From Chiloscyllium plagiosum (Eukaryota): a DNA stretch of 64,000 nucleotides. The stretch's first letter is position 1. Every line of letters starts with the position of its first letter. Where the stretch lies: positions 57,206,246-57,270,245 of the forward strand of contig NC_057719.1 in the NCBI RefSeq assembly GCF_004010195.1. Reading direction: 5' to 3'. A model generated the notes under the pieces. The model was not told where the DNA came from, ran no database searches, and saw nothing but the letters and a program-made list of their open reading frames with translations. The position numbers and the translations under genes were made by a program. This document shows, one piece after another, positions 28,134-41,995 of this stretch.

Positions 28134-31100
28134 CTTTAAACAGTCCCTTTTCATATGGTAGATTAGTGAATTAAGCAAATCATTCAATTTTAGAATGAAT
28201 CACAAATCGTTAATAGTGCGGCTGCTTGTGTCCACATTAATGTATGGAAGTGAACTCTGACTGTTTTCCCTCCATCCCTAGTCAGGCAGCATTGAGGCCA
28301 CCCAAATTGTTCTGATCAGCCAAATACAGTGAGGACTGCAGACTGAAATGAGAAACTTGTGGCTTCCCTGGTTTGAAAGCTATTCTGTTTAATTCACTCT
28401 GCTATCTGAGAATGTAAATATTCTTTATATGTTTCTTTTCCAAAGTATACGTTTGAATCATTCATGTTGATCCAGCTCTTTTGCTTACAAAAGCTATATT
28501 TAATAGTGACAGTATTAAAATGTATTGTATTTTGTTAAAAAAAAGTATATGTAAAGAAGGGCAGATTTAATAGATTTGATTTAACATAGAATAGATCAGG
28601 ATTTCAAATGCTGAGTCATAGGACTCAAAACATTAACTTTGTTTCTCTCTCCACAGCCTTACAGCACTTTCAGTCTTTATATTAGGCCTCCAGAACCTGC
28701 AGTGCTTTGCTTTTATTTAAAGTTATCATTTAGTCTTTTCCTCAATTTATGCTGGCTGTTCTTCTTTCAGCTGCTTTGCATATATTAAATTACATCAAGA
28801 CAAATCTGCAAGCTTGTTATAAATTGTTTATTAAAATTCCTTGGATTTTCTTTCTTTTTAATTGTTAATATGTAATTTATTTTTAAAGTTGGACATCATT
28901 GAATATTTGAACAATTACTGGTACATGCTTTCCCTTCTCATATCCATAACAAATCCCAAGAAGCAGAATTGAATATGGGATTGCTACCTTGGTGTAATCT
29001 CCTCTGGTTGGAGAAAGTATTGTTCTAACAGTCTGCTAACATGATTAAATTCAAAGCTTCTGTCGAAAGATTACACTTTCATCTATTTTAACTGTCTACT
29101 TTTGTCTCATAATGAATGTGAGCTGCTTGGGTTGTTTTGACTTGATTGTGTACTTGAAGGACTTGAATGAAAAAATAAAATTTGCATTTCTGAGAATTTT
29201 CAATCACACAGAACAAAGTGCATCCATATCATTTTGAATATCTGTTCACTCCTGTTGTATCAGAGGAGTCTTGGCATCAACATGTTGTAAAATAAACATA
29301 CAAAATACCCAGTACTTATAACAAATATGCTGAGGCCCTATTTAGGGATTTCATTTCTGGACTAATAATTTCTATTACCAACAGCATCTAGGATTTACTT
29401 AGCAATGTCAGTGGTTTAATTTTCCAGCTAAAAAAAATGTAGTGATGGGTTCTGCAGAAATCAAAACATAATTAATTTTATAAACTCTAAATACTTTGGA
29501 AAGTTTTTTTTAATAATTGTAGGATAACAATTAAAATTGTTGTGCTTAAATTAAATGTAGCCATGGTGTCTTCCCTTAATGCTGCAGAACTTCTAACATT
29601 ATTGTATATTCAAAGTTTCTAAAGTAACTTTGGGATCCTTCTTGATGTCATTAATTGGTTATGCTACTGTAAATATGATTTCAGTTTAGTAATGTTTTGT
29701 CTCAGTAAGTGTCTATTTTCCAATATGTATTGAAATTGGTTTAATTTGATGACCACTGTGATTCACTTTTCTATTGTTTCCAACTCCTTTTCTTTAAGCC
29801 AAATTCAGAGATACCTCTTATGTCCCACTAATTTGTTACAATATATCCCAGGGATTGAAAAAGAAGTGGGTGAACTAGGAGTGATCTGGCGAGCGAGTTG
29901 GTTATACCCAACGGTGATTTCTGCCTATTATCACATACTGCTTTGTACAGAAGTGATTTTATCTGGAATCTAATCAGACAAGAATATAGTAACCTTAATT
30001 ATTTGAACTTTGAATAGACTTAAGGCCTCAGTTACAGAGAGATGCAAACTAATGCCTGACTGAACAGTATTTGCAGAGATTTAGAGCACTTGCAAATCTG
30101 AAGAATTAGACTGGTTGGTCCTTTCTCCCTTGCCACCCATCTCTTAGAAGAAAATGTTGCTGCAATACACCTAAGGAGAATATTAAATCTCTATAATAAA
30201 TAGAAATATTTATCTAGTCAACCGGAAGCTCAAGAGGAGGTTTTGCTGAGAATTGGTTTTTTGAAATTAAATGTGTTTAAATACAAGATCAAGAATTGAG
30301 ATGTACACGAATAGAATCAATTTCACTGGAATACAAATTATAAAAAGTTAAATCACCAGAAAAAAAACAGAAAACAATATTTAAAAACAAATACTGTACT
30401 ATGGAAAATTAAATACAAAATGCATGATGGCATGTCTCACCAGGTGGTCAGGAAAATGTAGTCTTCCCTCATATAATTAATTCTTATTTACAGTAAAATA
30501 AATTTTGTAATTACAGCATATTTATTCATTAAATGTAATCAAGAGTTTAATGATGGCAGATGAGAGGACCAATCACAAGTTAATTTGGGAAATCCTTTTT
30601 TCTTACAACTAGGTTGATTTCTAAGACATCCTCTATCAAGCACAATGCATATACAGAAACAAGTAATTAAACCCTGCAACATAGCTTAAAACAGCCTTAT
30701 AGATCACATGATATGTGGTTCTCAAATACAACTGATTACCTTAATTGGCGCTTCGCCTTCCTATTTTGATCTGTTTACATTTTAATGAGGAATTTAGTTG
30801 ATAACAAAAAATACTTAAAACTCAACTGAAATATAAAATTATCTGAAAATAAACTCAAGCAATCCTTTGTCATCTTAACCATCATAAAAGCACAAACTGT
30901 ACAACAGAAAATAAATTGCATTGTTGCAGTTACCAAGATTTCTTTTAGAAAGGCAGCACAAATTGATTGAATCTGATTGGCAGAATGAACAGAGCTAATT
31001 GTTTGACCATGATTTTATGCTTCATTAGAGCAGAAATCTGTTATTTCTTTGATCCTTTCAACTGTAGTGCTTAACTCTAAATGACCATAACAGAGTTGAT

Positions 31101-32116
31101 TTAAGAATCGGTAGAGAAAAGAGCTTGGTCATGCTTTCTGGCTGCATTTTAGCACTACATCCAAATGAAAAGCCCTTAGTGTTTTAAGTGTCCATACCAC
31201 ATGTTTGGAATCAGCCTGCTCCTCATGTGATGTAGCTTAAAACATTGTTATTTTACACTTAAAATTTTATACCAGGATTGGAGATGGGTGGGCCAAATTC
31301 ATACTTTAGGAGAAATGTGATATAGTAAATTATAATTATTCACCTACCTCAATGAGTCTGATAGTATTAGTAATTAGGAGGCATGCTGCAATGATTTACT
31401 TGTGTTATGACTAAAACTTTCCATATTCAAAATGTGAACCAATAGGCAGTCAGTTATAAAATAATCTGATCACATTTTATTGCGAGACTGTCTTTCATTT
31501 CATTGGAAAACAATCCACATGCAGACTGCATATATAAAACAAGCAACTACAAAAATAAAGTCAGCACCTGCAAGTCATAAATGTCACAGAAGTACAGTGC
31601 TACTTATTGAACATTCTGTCAATGGAAATGCATGTTTGGAAAAACCTGGAAGAGAGACTGGATTTGCGTATGGGTGGGAGGTTCAAACCAACAAAGATAT
31701 GGTGGGCTGAGGAGCCAGCTCCAATCTGTTGACTTCAGAGTTTAATTTGAGTGCCTAAGGAGTGATGTGTAACCTATGAACACATGCTAACACTGCATCC
31801 ACACATTTTCCAGGCTTCCTAAAGCTTTCCATTGAAAGCAAGATGAGGATAAAACTGAGGGGCCGATTCAAACTCATGGAAATACGACGTAAATATTCAA
31901 TTTTGCAGCTTTCTTCTCTCCTACTAGTGGGAAAGTGTTTGTTCACAATACGTTTACTGAAAGGCCATTTTGTATTAGGATTTTTTTCAATCATAGCAGA
32001 ATATGTGGCACGTTGAATGCCTTAGACCTCAGACCAGGCCCAATCTTGTCAGTATCGGGAGCAGCACATTGCATGTGAGGGACATGTAGTTGGACAGCAG
32101 AACAAGGAGCAGCAGG

Positions 32117-32442
32117 TTTAGATTAGATTCCCTACAATGTGGAAACAGCCATTTGGCCGAACAAGTCCACACCGACCCTCTGGAGAGTATCCCACCCAGA
32201 CTCATTCCCCTACATTTTACCCCTGACTAATGCACCTAACACTATGGGTATTTTAGCGTGGTCAATTCACCTAACCTTCACATCTTTGGACTGTGGGAGG
32301 AAACTGGAGCACCCTGAGGAAACCCACGCAGACACAGGGATAACGTGCAAACTCCACATAGACAGTGGCCTGAGGCTGGAATTGAATTCGGGTCCATGGC
32401 AATGTGAGGCAGCAGCGCTAACCACTGAGCCACCATGCCGCC
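32117..32442 (-). mobile_element. Full-length HE1-like tRNA-derived SINE
   Basis: Minus strand starts GGCGGCATGGTGGCTCAGTGGTTAGC (A box), has GAATTCAATTCC (B-box-like) and the CCCACAGTCCAAAGATG core, and ends in an (AATCT)n tail. Confidence 0.92.
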
Positions 32443-32719
32443 TGTGGTAATGCAGAGCAGAGAGGTGCAGCATTCAGGACAAAGCACCCAAGACAGCAGT
32501 TTCACAGGCAGAGCCCCAGTTTTCATGGAATATCTAAGTAGCAGTGTTTCAGAGATTTAGCTGAAGATGGTGATAGAATTTAGCAGCATACTAAAGGCCT
32601 GCCCACTTTAAAACTTGCTAATGTCATTTGCCAGAACTAAGACCATTGAAGTCCAACAGTGTTACAATGTATTTTAGATGACCCCAAGATGTGTAATCAA
32701 ATAAACCAGTGGCACTAGA

Positions 32720-33100
32720 GACGCAGATTGGATTTGTCCCGCTTTTTGTGTACAGGACATATCTGGATAACATTCCACATTGTCGGATAAGTGTCAGTGT
32801 TGTAGCTGTGCTGGAACTGCCTGGCGAGGCAAGTTCCAGAACACAAGTCTTCAGAACTATTGCCAGAATGTTGTCAAGGCTCACAGCCTTTGCATATCTA
32901 GTGCCTTGAACTGCTTCTTGATTTCACATGGAGTGAATCAAATTGACTGAGGGCTGGCATCTGTGATTCTGGAGACCTCTGGAGGAGGCTAAGATGGATC
33001 TTGCACTTGGCACATCTGGCTGAAGATTGTTGAAAGTGTTTTAGTCTAATCATTTGCACTGATGTGCTGGGATCTTCCTTCATCAAGGATGGGGATATTG
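32720..33100 (-). mobile_element. CR1/L2-group LINE fragment, same family as 1950-2520
   Basis: DNILAIVLKTCVLELA on the minus strand aligns by eye to 2120-2290. Confidence 0.8.
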
Positions 33101-33524
33101 GTGGTCTCGAGATTATTACTTCCTTAGCCTGCTTAGCATTCCTCTTCCTCCTGGAAAGATAGTTAATTAATTATGTGAATTTGGTAAGATATAGCGAGAC
33201 AAGCTGCAAGGCCCCATGACAGAAATCCCTTCAAAAATCCCAGTGCAACCCGGACTTAGTCAAAAGAGTGTAGGATTCAGCATTTTGGCCTGAACACGGG
33301 AATTTACCAGCAAATGAATCACACTCATCATTCATTCCACTTCCAACTCTCCATAGACCTATTGCAAGCTCTTGTGCATCTCCATACAGTCACTGGGCAT
33401 TTTAAACAGTATAGCCCTTGATCAGCTTTTGTGAAATAGACAAGCAGCAATGTGTCTCTTCAACCAGTGAGACGGAAATATTCTTCCTGAGACATACAAA
33501 GTTTAAATTAGGAAGTATGCATTA

Positions 33525-35100
33525 TAATGGGTGGAACCTTTCCAGGCCTTGATTGATGGTGCTTAACGCAAGACTTTTGGAGAAATCAGGTGAGATGTCA
33601 AGCAAGACCCTTCTAGACATCAAAACTGAAAAGTCACAATCTCCAACCGATATTCTATACGTTGATAGTGAGTGGTGAGAAGGCCTCATAAAACTGAATG
33701 CTGTTCATTATCACCCTCGCTGTTATTTAATCTCATCCACTGATATTCACTCTCCCATTCTCCCATCCATTAGATAGAAATGAGACACTGACTATGCGCA
33801 ACATGAAAGTCTGAGCAGGTACTAGACATATCCAACTTGCCATTTGCTTCTCCAGCCCTTAGTCTTGGGCAACAGATACCCATGTCTCACAGCACACTCC
33901 ATAGGCAGTGAGCACACACACCCACAGCCATGGACACTGCCATCTAATGATGACTAGTCTCACCATATCATCATGGCATATGTCTGATCTACTTACAATA
34001 CAGTTCTGCACTTCAATGCTGCACTTTGAAATGCATCTATGCTTTTATTGCAAAGCTGTTGCAGGGATACCCTACCTTGCCTTGGGTCCTGAAGATGGGT
34101 TACACCCGAAATGTTGACTTCTCCACCTCCTAATGCTGCCTGGCTCGCTGTGTTCTTCCAGCCTCCTGCCTGTCTACCTTGCCTTGTCTTTTTGCACTTA
34201 GCACCCACTGCCAGAGCTTAATTGTTCTCAGTATTTCTGTCTTGTTTTGGGTCTGCACTAAAACGCAAAGTAAATCAGAAGTACTGAGAACAGCAGTCAG
34301 CAGTCAAAAGGGTAGGCAGGTTATTGTATGGCACTGTGCAACATCGGTCTTGCACTGTGCTCCAGCCACATATGCCCTCTGAGGATGCCATCGATGCCCA
34401 ACTGATAACTGCAGAAGATAAGAGGGAGAAAACATCACACTGAAGAGGTAGAAATGATAATGATATATTTGCAGTGTCAGTAATGGAATATAAGCATGTC
34501 AACAAACACTTGATTGTTTGGACATGGAATTTTCAGCATCCCTGTACGAGTCATTCTGGTCCTTGTAGGACCTATTGTGGCTGAGGACATAAATGTTGGG
34601 CATGTCACCACTTGTCCTGGTTTTTTTCAGTCCTAAGCACAACCATCCACCAGAACCTCCAGGCCCTTGCTTGCAAAGCAGGTTACCAATTCTTCTTTGT
34701 CTGTTATGCCCAGTGCAAATGTCTCGAACTGGTACTCTGGCCTGGTGCACAATGGCTTTTTGAATATGGAGCTAACACAAGGCTTCCTGGAATATCCCAA
34801 CATCAACAAATGCTTCCACCTATGGAGAATCTGCCTAGCATTGGATGAGAGGTGTAACCTTAGCAATTTTCTTAAATGTTGGAAGATCAACCTGATGTTT
34901 GAGTCTATTCCATGACACATAGACTTGAGTTCATGTTGTACCACCAACTACCAGGTGAAACAATTGACCAATTCTTATGCAGGAGTTGACATACAGGAAA
35001 GAAATATAATTTCATGAGGTGAACAAGTTCAGTGGGCTATCCAAATTTTGTATGAGGTTTGGCTTATCTCACCTGACAAGACAAGGCCTAGGATTTCTTG
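33525..35100. mobile_element. Possible very old Harbinger-type remnant
   Basis: Minus-strand TCFASKGLEVLVDG (~34640-34690) resembles the Myb/SANT N-terminus (PRFSxxxLEVLV). Little other support. Confidence 0.35.
34085..34173 (+). mobile_element. ~90 bp single-arm hammerhead/Penelope-end insertion
   Basis: GGTC-CTGAAGA-T-GGGT-TAC-ACCC-GAAA-TGTT-GACT. Direct repeat CTACCTTGCCTTG at 34072-34084 and 34174-34186. Confidence 0.8.
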
Positions 35101-36064
35101 ACAAATGTAGGATATGTCCAACAAGAGGATTGGACTAGAATGTTAGATACTGAATTGCTTAGAGAAACCCAAAATACAACACAGTACTCCAAATCAACAT
35201 GGGAAGAAGAGCCAACAATAGAAACTTCCAAGGTGGCATGCAAGTTTGTCAATGAAGTCCAAAATGTAACTGCAATTATATTATTTATAGACAGCAGTCT
35301 GAGAGTGCATATGGTGAACTTAATGACACACGGATACCGTCAAAACAAAAGCTGGAGCCTTTACCTCCATCATAGTAGTATAATCACAAAAGAAACAGGC
35401 AACGTACACAACGTGCCAAAGTTAACTCTCCAACAGTAAATTATTGACATTCTACAACATACCATTCAGTACAACACTCAGGTAACTCTGCTCTCATTCA
35501 GAATATATGTGCAGTGCCACTATTAGTCTTACAACAAGTTGTCTTCAAGGTAAAAGGAAAAAATCCTAACTCTTGAAAAGTAACATTGCAAAGCCTTGTC
35601 AGTACACTGCTTGCCAGAGAATTTTCTTTTATAAATTTGAAATTATTTACCTTTCAACAATAAAATGCACATTAGAGTTTACAAAATGCCCTTGAAAATC
35701 CTGAACATAAAGTAAATTCATCATGGCTTGAAATGTAAAATCAATATATTCCCATCCTCACAAAAATTCCTCTCTGGAGTAAAGCAGCCATTTTGCAATT
35801 GAACCAAAAGCCTCCTCTACTCCAAAAATGACATGGCTCATTACTTCAACAATCTTCCTGCTAAATCCTAGTTGTAAAATGTAGGTATAATTGTGACTTT
35901 TGCCTCGATGTACCTTAATTATGCAAATCCGTGTTCTGCAATCTAATTTTAGTTTATAGAGCCGACAAGGCAGAGTACACGCCAAGGATGTTCTACTGAA
36001 TAAAATCTGGTCCTTTGGAGAAGTAGGCCCAAAAGATTTGTTGAAAATTATTTACTCAAATAAA

Positions 36065-36180
36065 AACAAAGTGCAGTGAATGCTGGATATCTGAAATATA
36101 AACAGAAAAGTTGGAGGAACTCAGCAGGTCTGGCAGCATCTGGAATTAATATTTCAAATCAATGTGACTTCTTCGGAATT
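36065..36180 (-). mobile_element. Penelope-end fragment
   Basis: ATGCTGGATATCTGAAATA...AACTCAGCAGGTCTGGCAGCATCTG is the reverse complement of the pLTR tail. Confidence 0.7.
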
Positions 36181-38724
36181 GAGTGCCTAAATTATTATTA
36201 TTGTGTAGCCTGGAATAACTAAACTCTACAAGAATAATGTGAGCTGTTGAGGACATTGCTTCCCATTCCCCCTCCCCGCCACATCTCCTGACTTCTCTCT
36301 TCCACGCTGATCTTCTCTTGCCACCACTATTTCCTTCTCAAGCCACCTATCTATCAGCTTTATGTCAGCCATCTAGGTTTCCCAGTATTGAGCCAGCCCA
36401 AAGACAACAATCTTCAGCAGGATGGCAGTCTGGGGAATGTCGCTTGTGGGCAGCATTTGAATGAGGGCCGGCTTTCTAAATGAACCAGATTAACTAAGCT
36501 GCTCAAATTATAGGCTGTCAAACAATCTATTGAACAGTTGAATTTGTTACAAAAATGACCACCGGATGCAGGATCAGAGCATGGAACTAACTGTGAACTT
36601 GTATCCCAGCACCGACACTGGAGAAGACAGCAGAGAGAACATTTTTGATTTGAAATAGTTTCTGGAGTTTCCCTTTCAGCCACTGTTAGGTTTCTTTCTC
36701 CATAATTGGGTTCATTCAGAAACTTCTTCAGGAAAGGAACTTCAGATGCTTATTCACCTAAACGCCATGGAAGCAAATGCTGGAATCTTTCCCATTTTAC
36801 AGGCTGCTATTTAGATAGGGGAGGAAGCAGCAAAAGGTAATGTTCCTGCACTCTTGAATAGTCATGAAGCTGGCTCATTTTACACAATATACCTTTGCTT
36901 GACTTGTAATTTATAACAGTAAGCGTTAATGTGAGAATGTCGCAGCTCAGGAGGTTTGAAATTAGACAATCTGGTCTCATTAGCCTAGCAGTCTGACCCA
37001 GTGTGAACTACGGAGTAATTTACCGCAAGATTCTCATTTTGTAGTACTGTTGCTGGTTGTAAATGAAGCACAGCAATTTATTGTAGCACCTCAAGGAGTC
37101 AAGAATATAATGTGTGAAGCACATAAAAAGATCTTTCTTCACATTCATTAACACCCAGATCCTAGGGTTGTTCAGCTTCTCTCTAATGAAGGAGGGATCT
37201 TAAATCTAAAGCTTTCCATGGTGTGAAGAAGGCCTCTTCACACCATTAGATAACAGATGAGTGAAATCGGTAAAGGTCAGTAACAAAACAGCAGATGGTA
37301 ATGTGAAGAAAGAACAAAAAGAGACATTAGAAATGAATCCTAGAAAATGAACAGTACATTTTCAACAGCAATCAACTGCTCCCCCTTGTCCATATGTACA
37401 GTTCAATTTGTCAACAAGAAAGGAATATCTGCCCTTTTCTACGAACAACCCACTTGGAAGTGCTCCAGTGCTCTATCTTAACAAAATCAATTCTTATTTC
37501 TTCAGCCTTGATCTGATCTAGCTGCAGGCATTAAGGTGGGCTTATTTCTAGGCAAAGTCATCTGCTGACTGTAAAACAAAGCCTGTCAGAGCTTTGGCCA
37601 GATTTGCACGCAATAAAATAACAAGAGCTGCAGAGGCTAGAGGCACATAAGCCTGGATGTAAGACTGAAGTCCCCTAATATCAGTGTTGGAATGAAGCCT
37701 AATCATGACTGTGTCTATTCAATTTAATCAAAAAAAAATCCATCTACAGATGTTAAAGCAAATCTTGAAGTTAAGCTGTTAAAGGTAAGTTTGATAAAAC
37801 TTACAGATAATGGCTTCTCTTAAAATCTGTGATGTTTTAAGTTCTAAATCCTAAACATACAAGTCCAGTTTCATAATTAATTTCATTGAGATCATACACA
37901 ATTGGGTGATATAAGATTGGTCATCCCTTTTACAAATCTTTACGATTTTTATTGACATTGGACCAATGTTGACGTAGTCTCATCAAATGCATATATCAAA
38001 GTTAGAAATAAACATTAATTTTGCTTTAGGGTTTATTCACAATAAGGCAGCAATACTGATTAGAACTCCACAAAATTCAAAAAGAATCAAACAAAAATGA
38101 ATTTAAAAATACAATAAACAGATAGAGGTCACATTTTCATGTTCAGTGTTGACAATTAGGTATAGTTTAGATATTTGATCTCATGGTCTTTGAGCTTCAT
38201 TTTAGAATATGATATGAGAATAAATCTTTTGACCTAATTTAATTCAACTGTGTTGGAATAAAATATAGAAGTTTTCCTATTCTGTCACAATATCATTTAA
38301 TCAATCATGGGAGGCAAGGAAGCAAACTACACATTTGGATCTTCAATGTGTTAAGGGTAAATGCTGCAATTATTGAGGGATAATACTAAATAATTATTCA
38401 TCTGTAAGTTAATAGCTTTCCTTGTGTTAAATAGAACCTCTGTCATTTATTCAATGCAATAGTGAATTGAAAACTATGTGATCCATGCACAAATTTCTTG
38501 CTAATATTGAAATGACCTGAAGACTGGAAATTCAACAGTAAATTCATCTTTTCATGAGTATATAGACAATATTGTCAGAAGAACTCTTTAAAGACACATA
38601 TAATTACTTAATACACATGCCAATTTCCTACAGGTTTTGCTTACAGTGGTTTAAATGGCTTATTTGGAACCAGGAATCAGAAAGAAAAATATTTTCTTCA
38701 TAGAACTTGATTTGATTAATTACA

Positions 38725-39485
38725 TTTCATTTATTTATTGACATATTTATTGTCAGATATATTTTGTTACAAAATACAATGGAAAGTGTTGTATGGTGTT
38801 GCCTCTACGGTGTCGTCATGCTCTTAAAGTACAGAAAAATAAACAAAAACAGAAAATATAAAGGCAGAAAATAAAGAAATAAAGAAAAAGTGTTCAGCTC
38901 TCTAGTCCTTTTTGTTAAGTGCTCCGTCATGAGTGATGGGCCATGGGCCAGTGACCACTGTGCTGCTGCTATTGGAACGAACGTTGCTCATTCTTCGCTT
39001 CCACCATGCCCTTGTCATTATGAGTCCTCACTGGAACTCGACAATGCTGATCCCACCAATGCCTCCGGGTATTGCACCAGCCCAGACCTGACTCTGCTGC
39101 CGCTAAGAGTCCACTTTGGGCCCACCTTGCCAATGCAGCCACTGCTGATGCTGCAGGGTCTCGATCTGGGTCCAAACTCACCCCTACTATCACCTCCATG
39201 ACTCTGTGCTGGAGCCAGATGCCACCAGGAACCCAAATCTGCCTCCGCCACAGCAGCTATGAGTTAGCACTAGCAATGCCTCATCGATGCAGATACTGCT
39301 ATGAACCCAAACCTGCCTCTGATGCTGCCGCCATAAGACTGTGCTGGGTCCAGCTCTTCAACCAGAGGTAAGTAATATGAAACAGGGAAAAGAAAAAATA
39401 ATGAGTAAAGAGAGAAAAAAGAAAAGAAACAAAAAGAAAAGCAAATTGAGTGGATAAGCCCAGGCTCAGAAGCCCATCTTAACTC
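38725..39485 (-). mobile_element. Non-autonomous retroposon with GC-rich repetitive interior and Rex1-like 3' tail
   Basis: Minus strand reads AAGATGG start, long pyrimidine tract, CTTACCTCTGGT, GC-rich core, then ...TTTCCATTGTATTTTG...TGACAATAAAT. This tail resembles the Rex1 tail near 61920-61960. Confidence 0.55.
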
Positions 39486-39929
39486 CAAGGAACGTGTGAG
39501 ATAACTTGTCTCTCTAAAACCTTTTGTAAGTGCACATGAGCAGTTGTTCTTGTGTTTAACACAAATTAAGATAAAAATGATCACATTCTGACTATTTTTC
39601 TAAGTAAAATCACATTTTGTCAAAAATTTAGCATATGAATGTATGAAAATATAAATTAGGAACAGAAAGAGGTGACTGTGCCTCTCAAGCCTCCTCCACC
39701 ATTCAATGAGATCATGGCTCATCTAAAGACTCCATGTTCCCATCTATCACCTGTACTATTATGGTGTAAATTCCAGACAGCTTTGTACATTGAAGACAGT
39801 TATATGACACCTTTCCAAATGAAAGCACCCATCTTGCCTTCAGCCACCGCCTTAGTGTTGAGGAGTAAGTATCAGGCAGTGTATGTAATGTTATTGTCAG
39901 CAATCACTCAGTAACAAGTATGATTGTCC

Positions 39930-41995
39930 ACCGAGGAAACTCCATATCGCTGGCCATGGATTCTCTGGTGACTTGCATGGCTGATGAGTCCGATCCTAGA
40001 CCACATCTCTAACCATACAGTTGGGAGGTGGAACTTCTCCTTGGTCTTGAGATCACTGTCATTCCTTTCTCTGGTTCCCTTTTGATACTTCTTCTTTGCT
40101 GCTGGGTGTTCTCAAGGAATGTCTCCCTTCATACTAGAGATTCCTCCAAGTCAGCTTCATTTGAATAATGGTCTCTCATGTATCAACATCTATGTTCCAT
40201 TTCTTGAGGGAAGCCTTCAGGGAGTCTTTGAAACACTTCCTTTCTCTACTCTTGCTCGAGTGCCTTCCTCAAGCTGGACAAAGATGATTTAGCATCCTGA
40301 GCATGTGAACAGCCCAGTGGACTTGGTTTCAGCTGATCATGACTTCGATACTGATACTTCTGGCTACAACAAGGACGCTGATGTTAGTACGCCTATCCTT
40401 GCTGATGCAGGGAATCCATCTCAAACAGAATTGATGGCACTTCGAAAGGGTCTTGAGGTGGTCTTTACAAATAGTCCACATTTGGGAGCCATATCCAATG
40501 GTCAGAAGAATAACTGCCGTATACACAAGGATCTTGGTATCAGCACGGATGTCACAGTCATGAAAACTCTCATTCTTTGGTGTCTGAAGGCAGTGTTCAC
40601 AGTTAGGGTAAGGTATTTGATATCCACAATGATGACAGCCAGAGATAAGATGTGTTTCCCCAGGTAAGGGAAATGTTCCACATTTGAGAGGATTTTGCCA
40701 CTGATCTTAATGGATAGACTAGAACTTATCCTGTGTGATGATGCTGTTCCTTTAACAAGGTTATGTTGTCCTTGGATTTTTTTTCAGGAGGCCATAAAAA
40801 TACAGATTCCAAAAGGTCTGGGCTTGGGTGGGGTTTAGGGCCAGTTTGATTATAGCTAACTGATACTGCCTCAGACAAAAGGCTTTCAAGTTTAAAAAAG
40901 ACCACTTGTACAATGAAAGGGGAGTGGCCCGTTCTCCCAGCTTAGCTTTTCTCTGGTTTGGTTTTAGCTGTCTGGCTATTCAGTGAAAGCAGTCAAGCAG
41001 TTGTGAAGCTGCTGGACCCAAAGAAGCAGGTCCATGCTGACCCTCCCTCTCTCTGACATCTCTCCCATAAGACCCTGCATTTGATTTTTCCTTTTGTGCC
41101 AAGTGATATTTATGGGGATTGTTCAGGTATTGGGAACAACATCATTAAGTTGAGATGACCTGATGGCTTTTCAGATAGGTTAAGTTATTCAGTATTCTGT
41201 TCCCTTTTTATGTTTCATTCGGTAATCTTGTAAGTAAATTCTGCTTTGTTTAAAACTACGTGGTTTGACCAATTGCATCCCTCCTGGAATATCCATGTTA
41301 CACCTGCTTAAAGTAACTAGCAAATTTAGGGTCTGAATTACTTTCTTGAAATGTTTGAGGGGGTCTAGCCTGGTCCATAAAACTAGGGATAGGTTGTTCA
41401 AGCATTTGTGTTTTCTTGAGGCTGAGGCCGAGATTAATTCTTTGGTATGCTTCCACGAAGGCGTTAATCAAGGCTTGATGATTCCATTCCAAGAGAGTGA
41501 AGATGATATTGTCATCTGTATATTTAAGTTTCTTATGTGAGGTTGCTACCATTTTCTTCTTGGGTTCCTGGTTGAGGCTGACAAGTTTTCTGTCAATTCT
41601 GTCGACAAAATTCACACCACTGGAGGAGTCTTGTTCTTGACAAGATGTAGATGTGATGACACATTACTGCTTGACTCCTGCCTTGATCTCAAAGGACTCT
41701 GTCATGTTACGATCAGTGAGACTGTTGTCATTGTTTTGTGGAGGAGACAGAGGATGTTGATGAGTGTCTTTGGATAATCAGTCTTTGACAAAGTCTTCCA
41801 TAGCACTTCTCAATTGATTGAGTCAAAAGCCTTGGTCAGATTACAGAAGACCATGAAGGTATTGGTGTTGCTTCTGCCAAATCCATTGGAGGTGTCGAAC
41901 AGTGAAAATCACACCCATGGTTTGGTTGGAAGCCACATTGGCTTTCCAGAAGGATTTCCTCAAAGACTGGGAGGAGACAATTAGTAAGGATACAA
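39930..41995 (-). mobile_element. Decayed RTE LINE interrupted by an LTR-like insertion
   Basis: EEILLESQCGFQP, TKAFDSIN (~41815-41835), LKYTDD, INLGLSLKKT and YGSQMWT..HLKTL..HQFCLRWI are RTE ORF motifs. Confidence 0.85.
40734..41382 (+). mobile_element. Probable solo LTR (~650 bp)
   Basis: Begins TGTGATG and ends CCATAAAA (a decayed ...ACA is inferred). It splits the RTE coding sequence between the KKT and HFPYLG motifs. No clean target site duplication seen. Confidence 0.6.

Noticed and set aside
31755..31994. 79-aa ORF in unique sequence
   Set aside because: No recognisable domain, and the length is compatible with chance.
32370..32442. tRNA gene
   Set aside because: The A/B-box region is the head of a SINE and continues into SINE core and tail. 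No complete cloverleaf is evident.
35762..36620. Possible small minus-strand exons (FSRKIVEVMSHVIFG..., and after the CTTCTCCAG acceptor near 36618)
   Set aside because: The peptides are unrecognised, the donors are weak, and no consistent multi-exon frame could be built.
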